Source: Negaprion brevirostris (taxonomy: Eukaryota). From it: DNA of 64,000 nucleotides. The notes below the pieces were generated by a model, which searched no databases, was not told the DNA's origin, and saw only the letters and a list, made by a program, of their open reading frames with translations. The translations under genes and the position numbers were made by a program. Below, piece after piece: positions 10,629 to 23,537 of the stretch; positions within the stretch are counted from its first letter, which is position 1, and every line of letters begins with the position of its first letter. The stretch spans positions 4,130,181 through 4,194,180 of the forward strand of contig JARDVH010000194.1 of assembly GCA_030324005.1 (NCBI GenBank), in the 5' to 3' direction.

Positions 10629-13600
10629 CGCTTCTTATTTTATCACCAGGATTTGCTTTTAACTTTGAGAATCCCGAGGCTGGTTGTCCTTGCTCCCTCT
10701 TTAAACTGGATCTTTTCACGTTACCCACAGTTTTCTCGCTCATCATTCGCCAAAGCAACTCCTCACTAGAATTTAAGAGAGTTTACATCACGAGCCGCTT
10801 AGCCATTATTATTCACAAGCCAACTCTTGGGAATGTCAGGAGTGATACCATTGTGAACAACAAGTCCATCTGTGCGAACCCCACAACACCGCACCGCACC
10901 CCCCCCCCGCCCCGCCTCCCAAATTACATGGTTCACCGGAAATATCAGCCGAAGTTGCAGGTGTTAAAACAAATCAACAAGGGGTGGTTTCGCCCCCAAT
11001 TTACATATTTTTTGTTCCATTTCATGTGAGCTGAAAGTTAGAATTATGAAATAATTCATAAATTCTGCATCGCTACTTCTTCATAATTGTAAGTCAATCA
11101 ATGCAGCTGAATTGAGATTACTTGATGGACAAACAGTAATAGTATTTAATAATCACATTTATCATTGACTCGTTACGCAAAGACACTCACTTGTGATCTA
11201 ACCTTTCGGTTAAAAAACTGGAATTGTATCAGTAACTGAAAATTAGCGCTCATGCAATTTACTTTCACATCACTGAGCATGGGAGAGCAATCATCTGCCT
11301 CATGTCCAGAGATATCAGAATCAGACAACTGGTGGAATTGAAAACATATTGAATTGATATTGCCTGATTCTACTGCGATGCATTCTTTCCAATTCTTTGA
11401 CTGATTTTTATAGATACAAATATTTAAACACTCATTGATCTATACGTCCGACTAATCCACTTTTAGACCCTTGCTGACTGTTTGTTTCAGTTAAGGTGTG
11501 AAATATGTTGTACACTATTGTCAACGACTTGGCAAGAAACAAAATGCGGAACTGAGATGTTTACAAAGGGGTATTTTCAGTTCCCTGCCCCACAATTTAT
11601 TCTTCACGGTCACTCGTTTTTACAGCAATTTCTGTCTGAGAAATTGAAGAGGAACCGAATAAGTATATTGGCGCGCCCAGCAAAATCGATGAGATAACGC
11701 CATCTAAGTGACACGGACTGAAAATAGCATAGACTGAGTTGCATGACATTGGTTCACTCTGTACCTATCGCAAGCAAACTGTGTTTCTTCATAAATAAAG
11801 ATAATTTGGGCTGTGACTAAAATGGGGGCACATGTTTTCTATCGGTTGGTGACATGAAAGCAGAGATAAGCGCATCTAGTTGGAAGGAGAGAATCAGTTC
11901 CTTGTTTTAGTTCCTTATGATACAGGACCGCAGGTTATTATTGACATCGGGGCGAAATCCCGCTGCATCTTGCGGTGAATGTCACTGACACGGATTGGTT
12001 GGATATATATAAAATATAGATAGCATATACATAAATAATCCAAACATATATATCATGTTTCACTGTCGCATGATATTTCACACCACAAGACCAGCTATCA
12101 GTATTTTTTAAAAAACAAGTAACAGCTAAATCAAAAGAAATGCCCTTAGAGAAAATATACAAGTCAACACATTTGTGCTCAGAGATAATGTCGTCTTTCA
12201 CTGGACTTCCATTCATTGACTCACGTTCCTGAAATATTCATCAATCAAAAATAATAATCTCTGACCCTTGACAACTGTATTACCTTTCGGACAATCGTAC
12301 AATGAGTACAAATACTGGTTGTGCCTGGACATGATTCACTTTCAGACTTTCAGGTAGAAACTGATTATTTTATTGAGGAATTTAGTAATTGTGACACTCC
12401 AAGGGACGTGAATACAACTGGAGTGGCCAACCCTCAGAAAAAATAAGTAAATTTTGCATCGAGACGTCAGGTGATCATACCTTAGTCACGAAGAAAGCCT
12501 CTGTCCCTCAATAAGGTGGCCATAGACAGAATGGGAAGTGTCTGAAAGCTGGACTCCTGATCAATCTGTGACGAGATAAACGAGGATAGAGCCAATACTG
12601 GGCCAATCGTTTCAATGTTATTATTAATGCCAGGATTATATAATTTGGATAAACTTCAGCCATGAACAATAAATGAGTTAATTAGTTCTCGTGATTCACT
12701 CGTCCTTAGCAATCTCAGTGCCAATAAGAAAATTGATTTCGACATTTCGAAAAGGTCATTCCAAAGATTGGTTATTCCTTGTTTCGAGACGTTCAATCAA
12801 ACATCAGTGATTATTATCACTGGAAGAAGGTATACAGTAGATTTTCCAAGTAACGTATTCCAGACCGACTATTTCCCTTGGCATTTACTAAGGACTTCGA
12901 ATGTGATTTAATTAGCCTGAATTTTGAAATAGATAGATGTGCAACAACAAAATATTGTGGCATTTTTAAATGGACAGCACGTGAGCTGAAGAGCATCTAG
13001 CAATATTGTTTGGAATGTGTAGTCATGTGGCAGGAGGAATTCATTGTCGAGACGTTTGAAGTGTCAGCTTTTGGTAGGAAGAATGAGGGACGACCAAAAT
13101 AATTAAACATGCTTTTCTGAATGGAATGCAGGCTCAGAGGGACCTGAACATAGACCTGCAGAAACTAATGTATGAAATAGGACAAGATGGTTAAGCGGAT
13201 AACTGAAAATTTCATCAATTTCTGGTACACAATTTCGTAAGGATGAGAAGATACAATGTAAACATGAAGAAAAAGTTTATTGAAATGCTTTTACAAATCA
13301 GGTATTTCAGGTGCACCCATCATTTGGTTCCTTTAGTTCCTGAATATCTCTCCTTCCGAAAACGAATTCAATCAATGTTTTTGGAAAAAAACAAGTTGGT
13401 CATCGGATAAGGGCGTGCCTGGATGTGCCAGCTTGGATTAATTCATTGCTGCCATTGAGGAGGTAATGATGAGTTACCTTACAGAACGGTTGCAGTCCAC
13501 CTGGATTTGGAACACAACGGGCGGGATTTTCCCTTCCCACTGTCCTGGTCGAGTAGCATGGCATTGCGAGAAAAGAGTGACGTGAGAAAGGGAGTTCCAG

Positions 13601-14479
13601 GATTTTAACCAGCAACAGCAACGAAACAAGGATTAGCGACCAAGTGGTGATCTTTGTCTCTGTGGTAGAAACACACTGAGATGTGCAATGGTGTTAAGAT
13701 TTTTTACTTAACAATCCGAAAAGCCGTCACCTTCATAAGTGACCATCACGCTCAATTTTTGATGCACTAAACTTCAAACAAGAGAACATCAAACCATTTA
13801 TCTTGTTTGTCCTCCGAAGCCATTTATTTATTTTTTGCCTTTCAATGCAAACATCCTTCATTTTCAATCCTTCAGAAAGCGTAGGCTCCATTCAACATCA
13901 CAGCACATTCATCTCATCAGAAAGAACTTCCTTTCGATCCATTGGTTCAAAATAGGACACATAGAAATTTCCTGAGGAAAGGAGACCAGAATGGTGCAGA
14001 TTAATCCAACTGTCGTCAGGTCCAGCAAAGTAAAACTCTCTGAAGTTGTTCCAAGCTGTCCATTCTCCTTCTGTGCATCGTCAATTTTAATTGCTACATT
14101 ATTGGGCTTTCAATTAGCAGGGGTTAATCTCTGTAATTTTTTTCCAACAGCTCTCCAGATCTCTACTCCCTTTCCTGCTTCAAGGTGATTTGTCGTAATT
14201 ATTGACAGCGATGTGGGAAATAAAGCCTGATTACTACGCTTAATCCAATTACTCTGAGATACACATATGAAGCAGTTTCATTATATTTTCCCATCACAGT
14301 GTGCAAACTTATTATGCATTTTGCTGGAGATAGTGTCACCGTGTCTGAAAACATCTAGCCGTCTCCAGCTTTTGTACCTCATATGTGCCTGTAGCTTGTC
14401 AGTCCAGGAAAATATTATAGAATATTCTTACCACCTGCACAGGAAGACCACAAAAAGACACACAAAAAGATCGGCCCCA

Positions 14480-15275
14480 TAGAAATATGCAAGGCTCTGC
14501 ACTTTGGAAGGAGAAATGGAATCATAGACTATTTTCTAAATGGGAAAATACTCAGAAAATCAGAAACACAAAGGGACTTTGGAATCGTTGCTCAAAATTC
14601 TCGTCAGTTGAACGTGAATGTTTCAGTTGGTAGTTAGGAAAGCAAATGTAATGCTAGCATTCAGGTCGAGGGGGCTCGAGCACAAGAGCAGGCATGCACT
14701 GAGGCTGGATGAGGCTCTTGTCGGACCTCATTTGGAGTATTGTGAGCAATTTTGGGCCCCTATCTAAGGAATGATGTACTGGCCTTGGAAAAGGTCCAGA
14801 GGACGTTCACAAGCATGTTCCCAGAACGAAGAGCTTAACGTATGAGGAATGGTTGAGAACTCTGGGTCTGTATTAGTTGGAGTTTTGAAGGATGAGGGCG
14901 AATCACATTGAAACGTACATGATACGGGGTGTACGGGATACAGTGAATGTGGAGATGATGTTTCCACTCGTAGGAAAAACTAGAAGCAGGGGTTCAACCT
15001 TAGGTTAAAGGGATGATCCTTAAGACAGACATGAAGAGCTGTTCCTTCAGCCAGAGAGTGATGAATCTGTGGGACACTTTGTTGTAGAAGCCGTTGAATA
15101 TCTTTAAGGCAGAGATAAATAGGTTCTCGGTTGAGAAGGGGGTCGGGGGTTATGAGGAAAAGGCAGGAGAATGGGGATGATAAAAATATCAGCCATGATT
15201 GAATGGCAGAGCAGGCTCGATGGCATAGTCTAAGCCAAGTAGGCTAATTCTGCTCCTATGTCGTATGGTCTTATA
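14480..15275 (+). mobile_element. CR1 LINE 3' portion
   Basis: Degenerate LVGPHLEYCEQFWAP and FSQRVMNLW motifs; tail cctatgtcgtatggtcttat. Confidence 0.8.
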
Positions 15276-15284
15276 AGAAGCCCA

Positions 15285-15513
15285 CTTCTTGCCTTCAAAC
15301 AACCGCACAACCACAAACAGACAACTGTCCACAGCAAGCTACTACCCAGTCTTCAGGAGAACAGGGACCATGACACTACACAACCCTGCCACATCAACCT
15401 CTGCAAGATGAGCCTGATCTCCGACACGGATGCCATCATCTCACGTGAGAACACCATCCTTCAGGTACACGGCACATACTCTTACAACTCGGCCAACGTT
15501 GTCTGCCTGATAC
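15285..15513 (+). mobile_element. Penelope-like element fragment (linker and GIY-YIG start)
   Basis: PLLAFKQPHN...QPCHINLCK...HGTYSYNSANVVCLI. Confidence 0.75.
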
Positions 15514-15613
15514 NNNNNNNNNNNNNNNNNNNNNNNNNNNNNNNNNNNNNNNNNNNNNNNNNNNNNNNNNNNNNNNNNNNNNNNNNNNNNNNNNNNNNNN
15601 NNNNNNNNNNNNN

Positions 15614-16140
15614 AAAATGCATCACCTCGCATTTAACAAAATTAAATTCTAACTGCCATTCGTCAGCCCACTGGCCCAATTGATCAAGATACCAATGCAA
15701 TCGGAGATTATTGGAGATAACCTTTATTCAGAGTTATCCTGTGGAATTATCCACCACAGAACGCCGCTGGGGTCAGTTCGTTCGAAATATTCAAGATGGA
15801 CTGGACGTGACCCTTCCGGCTGAAGGGATCAAGGGATATGGAGGGAAGGAGGGAGTCGGCCACTGAAAGTGCATGATCAGCCAAGATTGTATTGAAGATG
15901 GTGCAGGATCGAAGAGCCGAATGGCCTACTCCTGCAATTATTTTCTATGCATTTTAGGCTGATTGGTGTCAATAAATTGTCCCTTTATTGTGGGGTTACA
16001 CTAGAGGTAGACAAAAACGTCGACGATCGACGAAAGACTTGAATAAGGCACGTACTGAGTGTTAAAATGGGTGGCGCGGGATAGTAGGGCCGAAGGGCCT
16101 GTTTCTTGTGCTGTGTTGTTCTTTGTTCTTTGTTCTATGT
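15614..16140. mobile_element. Mixed CR1 and SINE fragments
   Basis: Minus WADEWQLEFNFVKCEVMHF; plus-strand CR1 3' UTR (gggatcaagggatatgg...aatggcctactcctgc) and a SINE-like tail. Confidence 0.65.
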
Positions 16141-17242
16141 GTAGTTGGAAACAGACTTCGTCTGCCGTTCATAATCCTTCAGCATTTAGAATATATAGAC
16201 ATTTACTATACTTGCAGAGCAAGGATGTGGCTTAATCTCTGTCGAATTTATCTTCATCTGCTGTACTGTTGGATGCACATTTTTAAATCGTATATTTACC
16301 AATGAAAAGTTGTGATCCCACCTGTACCACTTATTGTGACACGTGCTTATTTCTCCTTCGGACACTGATATGCAAATTTCGAATCTGTCGTCCAAGTCAT
16401 GAATAAATATAGTTGATATTTGAAACACCAATGCAGATTCCTGGCAAACTACCATTTGTAAGGTTCTATAAAACTGAATCTATAACATTTATCCCAACTT
16501 CCTCTATCCTTCCTTAAACAACTTATTTTCTGAGCTTGGTTATGGAAGATTATGGAACGTCTGCAGATTCCCTTACAGTAAATATCGCGGGACTCACTAA
16601 TCTCTACTTATTGGCATTTTATTTGTTGTTGACCTTGTTGAATTATATACCAGTCTAAATAATGTTCACACATTAGACGTGGAAAAGATGACATCCTGTG
16701 TCTCATGGGTGAACCCATAACTAGAAATAATTTCTACTTATTGGCATAATCCACAAAAAAATCAAAGAGATTAGTAATATCTCCCATAAGCTTAGCAGAG
16801 AAATCTGGACACTCAACATCTGACGTATAATGAGTCTGTGTAAACTCAGCCAAACACATGTTACATCGCTGAGAGGAAAAAATAATAGAATTTGGAATCA
16901 TGGAGCGTTTAATGCAGGGGGACTTGCATGCGATTCAAAGCAGAATTATGGGCGTAGACTTTACTAGGAAAGCATGCTACGAATTTCGAATACTTCACTG
17001 AATTAAAAAAAAAACTGCACATTTGAATCCTCATCACGCAGCATGTTCATGGATAATGCAGCTCACCTGACCTTACACTGGCCTGGATTTTTCAGCTGAG
17101 CATCAGGTGCCAAAACATTTAATTCTCCCATTTCAACATTAGNNNNNNNNNNNNNNNNNNNNNNNNNNNNNNNNNNNNNNNNNNNNNNNNNNNNNNNNNN
17201 NNNNNNNNNNNNNNNNNNNNNNNNNNNNNNNNNNNNNNNNNN

Positions 17243-17720
17243 GATGTTGCCGGGACATGAGAAGCTGAGATTGATTGCTGAGAGAGATTGAATAGGTTAG
17301 GACTTTATTCCCTGGAGCGTAGAAGAATGAAGGGCGATTTGACAGAGCTGTAGAAGATTTTGATGTGTATAGATAGAGTGAATGCAAAGCAGGCTTTTTC
17401 ACTGAGGCTAGGGGAGAAAAAAACCAGAGGGCATGGGTTATGGGTGAAAGGAGACAAATTTAATGGGAATATTGTGGGAGGGGGCTTCTTTATGCACAGA
17501 GTGGTGGGAGTATGGAATGAGCTGCCGGATAAAGTGGTAAATGCGGGGTCAGTTTGAACATTTAAGAAAAACTTGGACTGGTTCATGGATGGAAGGGATT
17601 TGGAGGGATATGGTTCAAGTGCAGGTCAGTGGGACTAGGCAGACAAATGGTTCGGCACAGGCAAGAAGGGCCAAAAGGCCCGTTTCTGAGTTGTAATTTT
17701 CTATGCTTCCATGGTTCTGT
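17243..17720 (+). mobile_element. CR1 LINE 3' end
   Basis: KTRGHGLWVKG...FFMHRVVGVWNELP followed by 3' UTR. Confidence 0.85.
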
Positions 17721-20571
17721 GGTCCGTCATTTAATAATATTAAAGCTGATGAACGACTCACACAACCCTCGTTCCTATTTTACCTCTGTCACCCTTAGTT
17801 CCCACATTTTATTTAGAACCTGTCAATCTGAGCCTTGAAAATGCTCAACTGTTAGATTCCGCAGCTTGGGGTAAAGAATTACAAAGATTCACAACCCTTT
17901 GAGAAAAGAAATTGTTCCCCAATTCCGTCTTCCATGATCACAACTTTATCCTGCCACTATGTTCACTGGTCCTGTACTCTCCCATCAGTGCAAATATCCT
18001 CTGAAAATTTACCCCGCCTAACCCCCTAAGAATAATTTTGTTTCTTGAGTTCTGTTCGGGAGATCGAAGATTGCTGTCGACTCCACACGCCTTCCATTCA
18101 CCAATCAACCCACACTTATTGTGGATGTTGACATGGTTCATGAACGAAACATTAAACATGTTGGGAAATTTCACAGTTTCACAACTGTAATGATAATTTT
18201 TCTAAACTTAATGAAAAGTTACCAATGTACCTCTGACACCTTCCAACAATTGAAAACTCATTTTTTTCTTTCCTCCGATTCAATATTTTAAATCATATTT
18301 TATCGACCCGTACTCAAACTTCTTTTGAAAGAATTTGAACAATTCACTTATTTGTTTATTTGTATCTATTTAGCCTCTTGATTGNNNNNNNNNNNNNNNN
18401 NNNNNNNNNNNNNNNNNNNNNNNNNNNNNNNNNNNNNNNNNNNNNNNNNNNNNNNNNNNNNNNNNNNNNNNNNNNNNNNNNNNNTCATGTGTAACGAGGG
18501 ATAGACAATTAATACTGGTTTTCCCAGAGACATGTGAATCTTTGAATGAATAAAACTATAAATTATGTCTTGTGCCGTATTTAAAGCCTCAACCTCCATA
18601 CCATATTAACGGACCCAATATCACTTAATCCTCCTTCTCATTCCAAACAACGAACAAAGTTCCATTCAGGGTTGCATTCCCAGTGTATTTGTTCATTTAC
18701 TCATCTCAAAGTTACTGATTGAATGACTTCTGTCATGTTTTAGCTCATTGTTCCGTTTAAAAAATATCTTTGATCTTTTAATTATTAACAATCTGCATTT
18801 GCTCTGAATTCCGGTGTCACACCCACCTTCTGGAACACTCTCCAAAGCGCCACCGCATAAAACAACTAATATGTATCCAATACCTTCAACATAATGGATG
18901 TCACAACAACTATCACCAGTTCCTCATGAAAGAAATAATGGGACTGGGACAAGTAAGGAAATATTAGGTCAATTTATGCAAGTCTTGATAAAGAGGCAAC
19001 TTGTAATAACTGTATTAAAATGGGAAAGCAAAGTCGTGCGGCAGACAAGTAAACAGTTTGTATCCCACAGATGGTGAAGCAATTAAAACTGGGAGTGTGC
19101 TGGAGACTACAATTAGAGGCATGTACATTGTCGATGAGCATTTGGTGGAGATTACAGTGATACAAAAATCTGAAGCATGCAAGAGTTTTGTAAACAATGA
19201 TGACAGTATTGAAATTACAGGTGTTGTGGGAAAATGGGACCTAATGTGTGTTGTGATGTGGACATTAGATGCTGACATCACCTTAAATTTACTGTGGCGA
19301 TTGTGTGGGAGATCGGAATACGTTAAAATGATCGAATATGGAGGTAAGAGAGACAAAGATGAGGGGTCCATGCAAGGCGAGCTGAGATATAGGTGAATCG
19401 AGCTGCTTTAGGATTGCAAATAAGGGGTCTGAGTGATATTGCAAATATGAAGTGGAAAACTCCTTAGTGATTTAATTTATCATCAGAGTTGCAAAGAGGC
19501 ATTTTTAAAGTAAGCTTGCTGCATGGTCACGGGCACGGTCTGACGGTAGGTAAAGGATTTTTGGAGCAGGATTGATGAAAAAATTTGGACATATTGAGTA
19601 GACGAACATGGCCAAGAACAGATTCCTATGGAATATTTTATTTACACATTTGCAATCGAACTGAGACCTCTGTTTGCCCTTTCGAAAAGCATTTTCAGTC
19701 TCAAAGAGGAAATACATGCAAAGATAGCCAGTAAAGCAGACAGAACACGAAGCAATTCGGAAAAACTTAGTAACTATGTTTTGGCTAATGCCTTTGCCGA
19801 TTCTTCAGTGGAAACCTATCAAAAGTGTTTGCACAATTCGCGTGCACAATGCAATATATTACTGAAAGTCAAACGATCACAGCAAAAATGAGCAAAACTT
19901 TACTTCCAATCATGCAGTTAAAGAATTACTACTTAATTCATATTATTTGCATGTCATCTTTTATTTCAAAGATGAGATTTGGGCTTTACTGATCTTACTT
20001 TAATGTATAGCCAGGTTGTTCAAGAGCGTACAGTAATTTGCAGAGACATCTTCGAAAGGACAATCCAAACACGAAACCGCAATTATTTTGAGGGGAAAAA
20101 CAAGAACAACAAACGGATCGGAAAAATGCGACTTGAAAGTTTTCCTCTAAGCTACACAACACCCTGACTTGGAACCATGTCACTGCTGTCTCACAGTGAT
20201 TGAATACACATAATATTATTAATCGAATCAATAAGAACTCCGTTCCTCGTAGCGGTTTATGCGCACCTGCATCAGTTGAACTGTGCACGTTTAAACAGGC
20301 GAGTCACGGCCCCTTTCACATTCATGAGGAATGCTTTTCCTACTAGTAACTGCCACACCTCAGGGAATAATATTGTTTTAAAGAAAAAAAGAAAAAAAAA
20401 GTGTGAATGGAAACAAACTGAACATGTTGGCAGATTTCAGATAACTCTAACGGATTGTCCAAATTCGTTGGATACAAATTCCAATAGCGTGACTTTGGAT
20501 ATTATAGTCATATTGTAAGCTATGGCACAGACTGAGCAACGCAGATTGATCATGTTCGATCACTCCGCCCT

Positions 20572-20605
20572 ATGCAAATTCATCCTGTCTCTTGAGGTTT
20601 ATAAA
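20572..20605 (+). promoter_or_regulatory. IgNAR: IgNAR V promoter: octamer ATGCAAAT (20572-20579) and TATAAA (20600-20605)
   Basis: Perfect Ig octamer 20 nt upstream of a TATA box, ~95 nt upstream of the leader ATG. Confidence 0.85.
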
Positions 20606-20697
20606 GTCGGCGTTCACCTGCCCGCCGTTACACAGAGCACTCAGTGTTGAGGTCGAGTGAACGCCCTGCTGAGGTTTTCAGTGCTTGTGAAGAAACA

Positions 20698-20720
20698 ATG
20701 CATATTTTCTGGGCTGCGCT
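20698..20720 (+). CDS. IgNAR: IgNAR leader exon, 5' part (MHIFWAAL...), truncated by gap
   Basis: ATGCATATTTTCTGGGCTGCGCT resembles IgNAR signal peptides (M[NH]IF...) and lies downstream of octamer/TATA. Confidence 0.8.
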
Positions 20721-20820
20721 NNNNNNNNNNNNNNNNNNNNNNNNNNNNNNNNNNNNNNNNNNNNNNNNNNNNNNNNNNNNNNNNNNNNNNNNNNNNNNNN
20801 NNNNNNNNNNNNNNNNNNNN

Positions 20821-20854
20821 GTGGAGAAGACGGTTCCTGTCGCACACAAACTAT
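20821..20854 (+). promoter_or_regulatory. Probable 22-spacer RSS (3' of V or D1), heptamer cut by the gap
   Basis: ...GTG, then a 22-nt spacer, then ACAAACTAT directly at the gap edge. Confidence 0.5.
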
Positions 20855-21047
20855 CTTCAGATTTGTTTTCTTTAACACTGGAACGAGTTAACTGTTTCTC
20901 AACTGATTTTGCGACAAGTTATTAATGAATATTTTGGAAAGGTAACATATGTAGTGGAATGAAAACGATGAAGAAAGGACATTGTGACGTGAATTCAAAT
21001 CGGAGTAGACGTCTCGAACTGAGAGGCTTGGATGACTATACATGACA

Positions 21048-21126
21048 AGTTTTTGCACCGATCTCTGCGGCTGTGCGGGCTTGTGACGCACATTAATGAA
21101 TCATAGATTCTCTTAATACAAAAACT
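21048..21126 (+). other. IgNAR: IgNAR D segment (coding 21076-21088, CGGGCTTGTGACG) with 12-RSS and 22-RSS
   Basis: AGTTTTTGC-12-GGCTGTG | D | CACATTA-22-ACAAAAACT. Confidence 0.85.
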
Positions 21127-21440
21127 AGTCCTATTCTCCTGAAGACAAAACAAAGATTTTACTTTCTGAGTGGCTACGGTAGCTCATGGTTAAACAACTG
21201 CCGCCCTCCTCAAATACTGATTGATGCATTGAAACATATTCTCTGTTCATTTTGGCAATTATTTTTATAAATATTTGAATTTCATTTATACTATAGCACG
21301 GAGGTTTCTCCATGATTTGGCCAAGTCTTTAGGAGCGAGAGACAGCTGCTCGGATTCCAATATGAAGGGACAATTTGCGCCAATTTCCAATAGATATTTT
21401 GGAATGATTGAAGCATTTTCTGCGAAGGTTTGAATAATGG

Positions 21441-21508
21441 ATTTATTGTGCTGGAGTGATGTGATGTGCAGCTGGAATGACACGGTGATGTGGGCCACAA
21501 CAAAAACC
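21441..21508 (+). other. IgNAR: IgNAR last D segment (coding ~21469-21480, CAGCTGGAATGA) with 12-RSS on both sides
   Basis: ATTTATTGT-12-TGATGTG | D | CACGGTG-12-ACAAAAACC (perfect nonamer). The 5' RSS is less certain. Confidence 0.8.
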
Positions 21509-21859
21509 TCCACTACAGTTATTTCCTTTACGACTGGCGAACCAGGCTGTATAGTACTGTTCCATACACCTCTAACTGCACAGCGTTGGAAATCCGTTCC
21601 CGATGGAATTTCAGTTTTGGAATGGCCCATTATGGTCCTTAATACTGAATCACTGGACTGTCTTTTAAGGTATTACAAGTGTACATGTAGCTCATGCAAA
21701 ATTTCTCCACGGTTGGAGATAGATCAAGAATTTAGATGCGTTGATAAATACAACAAATACAAAAGATCTTTGGAACGATGATGCTTCAGGGAATTGAATA
21801 CCGGATCTTTTTTCATTGGGAGTTTGTGACATGGCCGGAATGGATGCTCACTGACTGTG

Positions 21860-21917
21860 TCTTCCTGGCATGCTTGCGATTCTGATGGGGCTGGCACCGT
21901 GCTGACCGTAAATTCTG
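21860..21917 (+). CDS. IgNAR: IgNAR J segment SSWHACDSDGAGTVLTVNS
   Basis: GAGTVLTVN FR4 motif; upstream RSS AGTTTGTGA-23-GACTGTG (21821-21859); donor G|GTAAGT at 21918. Confidence 0.92.
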
Positions 21918-23537
21918 GTAAGTGACGTTTCCTGCTACTTGAAAATACTTTTTTGCATATAAAGGTTTAGAAAAACTAAAGTTTTCATTAATATTGCCTG
22001 AAGAATTAAGTAACATTCATAGCTCTTTTTCAGATCCCGACTTAATTTAACTGGCATTTAGATCTATATAGAACGTAGTGATTGAAAATATTAGAATTCT
22101 AACGGTAACTTCGCTGTCAACAGACATTTTTAAGACTTGATTGGGAAGGATTTGCTGGTTTTTAGCGTTAAAACGGAAACAATCATACAATTTTCTGCCT
22201 GACCGACCTGGTAACTTGTAAAATGAAATGATATTATTTCTAATCCAAAACAAATCTATGCAATATTGTGGTGAGGAGTGACCTCGACAATCACGTAATA
22301 CATGTAATGTATTGTTTCATAAAACGCTGGTTACAGATTTATATGACCCATAAAACACTTCTCGTTAACTGTTTGGCCCAGAAAATATGTTGGCCAATAA
22401 CTTCTGTACATTTCAGAATTTGCTCAAAGGGAGGAAGGAACTGATCAAGTAAGGGATTGACTAGTCATGGTGTTATTCTATTCCAGTAGCGCCAGGATTG
22501 CGCTAGTTATTCAGCAACCTATCTGACAAGTTTATTCCACCCGCCCCTGCCTCAACACCCTCAACGCCTACCCTACCTCCCATTGACCTGGAATGTGGAT
22601 TTAATTTCAGACCAAGAGTAAGCGACAGCAGACCAGTTGATTCTCAGTTTTGTGAATACCAGTGGAAAGCAGATGGGCAGTAGATCAATCATTGAGGAAA
22701 TCTGACTCTCGATTCGCCATCTGCTGGTGTGGCACAGCAAATGAGACACATTTAACCATGCGTTGTGTAATTCCGCGAGAATCCTTTTACATCGAAACTT
22801 GTCTCCTTCAGCTAATAAGGGCTCTCTGTGTGTAAAACTAGCTGATTGATCTAAAAAGGAGAAACTGAAATTGAACATAATATTCAAAAGCTTTCTCTTT
22901 GTCCTTTCATATTCTCAAATATATTAAGAATTGTTTTACGTCTCGTTGTGAATCGTGTTTTCTGACACTTCAGATGTCGTGTTGTCTGCTTCCTTACTTT
23001 ATTTGAAGAAGCAATTTGTTAATTTGGAGTCTGAGGTCGGGAAATCTGTCCTCACGTGGCAGGGCAAAACTTGGGCATGGGTTCGGCCCGTTTTCTTCCA
23101 TTGATTGCAAAGAATGTTTGTATGGCAGCTGGCCCGTACTAATACACCCGTTTTACGCCTTCAGCACAGATGAATGTTTCACCTTTTAAATTTTAAAGCA
23201 AACGGTGAGGTACAGGTTTGATTAGAAATATGAGTCATGTGTATTGTTTCACTGCAGCGGTGGAGCAGTCGTTCTAAACATCAAGGAAAGCTGCGGTGCG
23301 AGAAATTGAGTTTTGCCGCTTCAACAGTGTGTAACAAAATGCTAAAATAGTGTGCGTGCTACGGNNNNNNNNNNNNNNNNNNNNNNNNNNNNNNNNNNNN
23401 NNNNNNNNNNNNNNNNNNNNNNNNNNNNNNNNNNNNNNNNNNNNNNNNNNNNNNNNNNNNNNNNCTGACATCCGTCCTATAACTACCCCCCCTTAATTTA
23501 AAGCCATGCCCCCTCGTGCTAGCTTTCTCCATCTGAG

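Noticed and set aside
19015-19891. ORFs of 70-118 codons upstream of IgNAR
   Set aside because: No recognisable domain or splice context; consistent with chance frames or decayed repeats.
20192-20198. Perfect CACAGTG heptamer upstream of the promoter
   Set aside because: No nonamer at 12 or 22/23 spacing.
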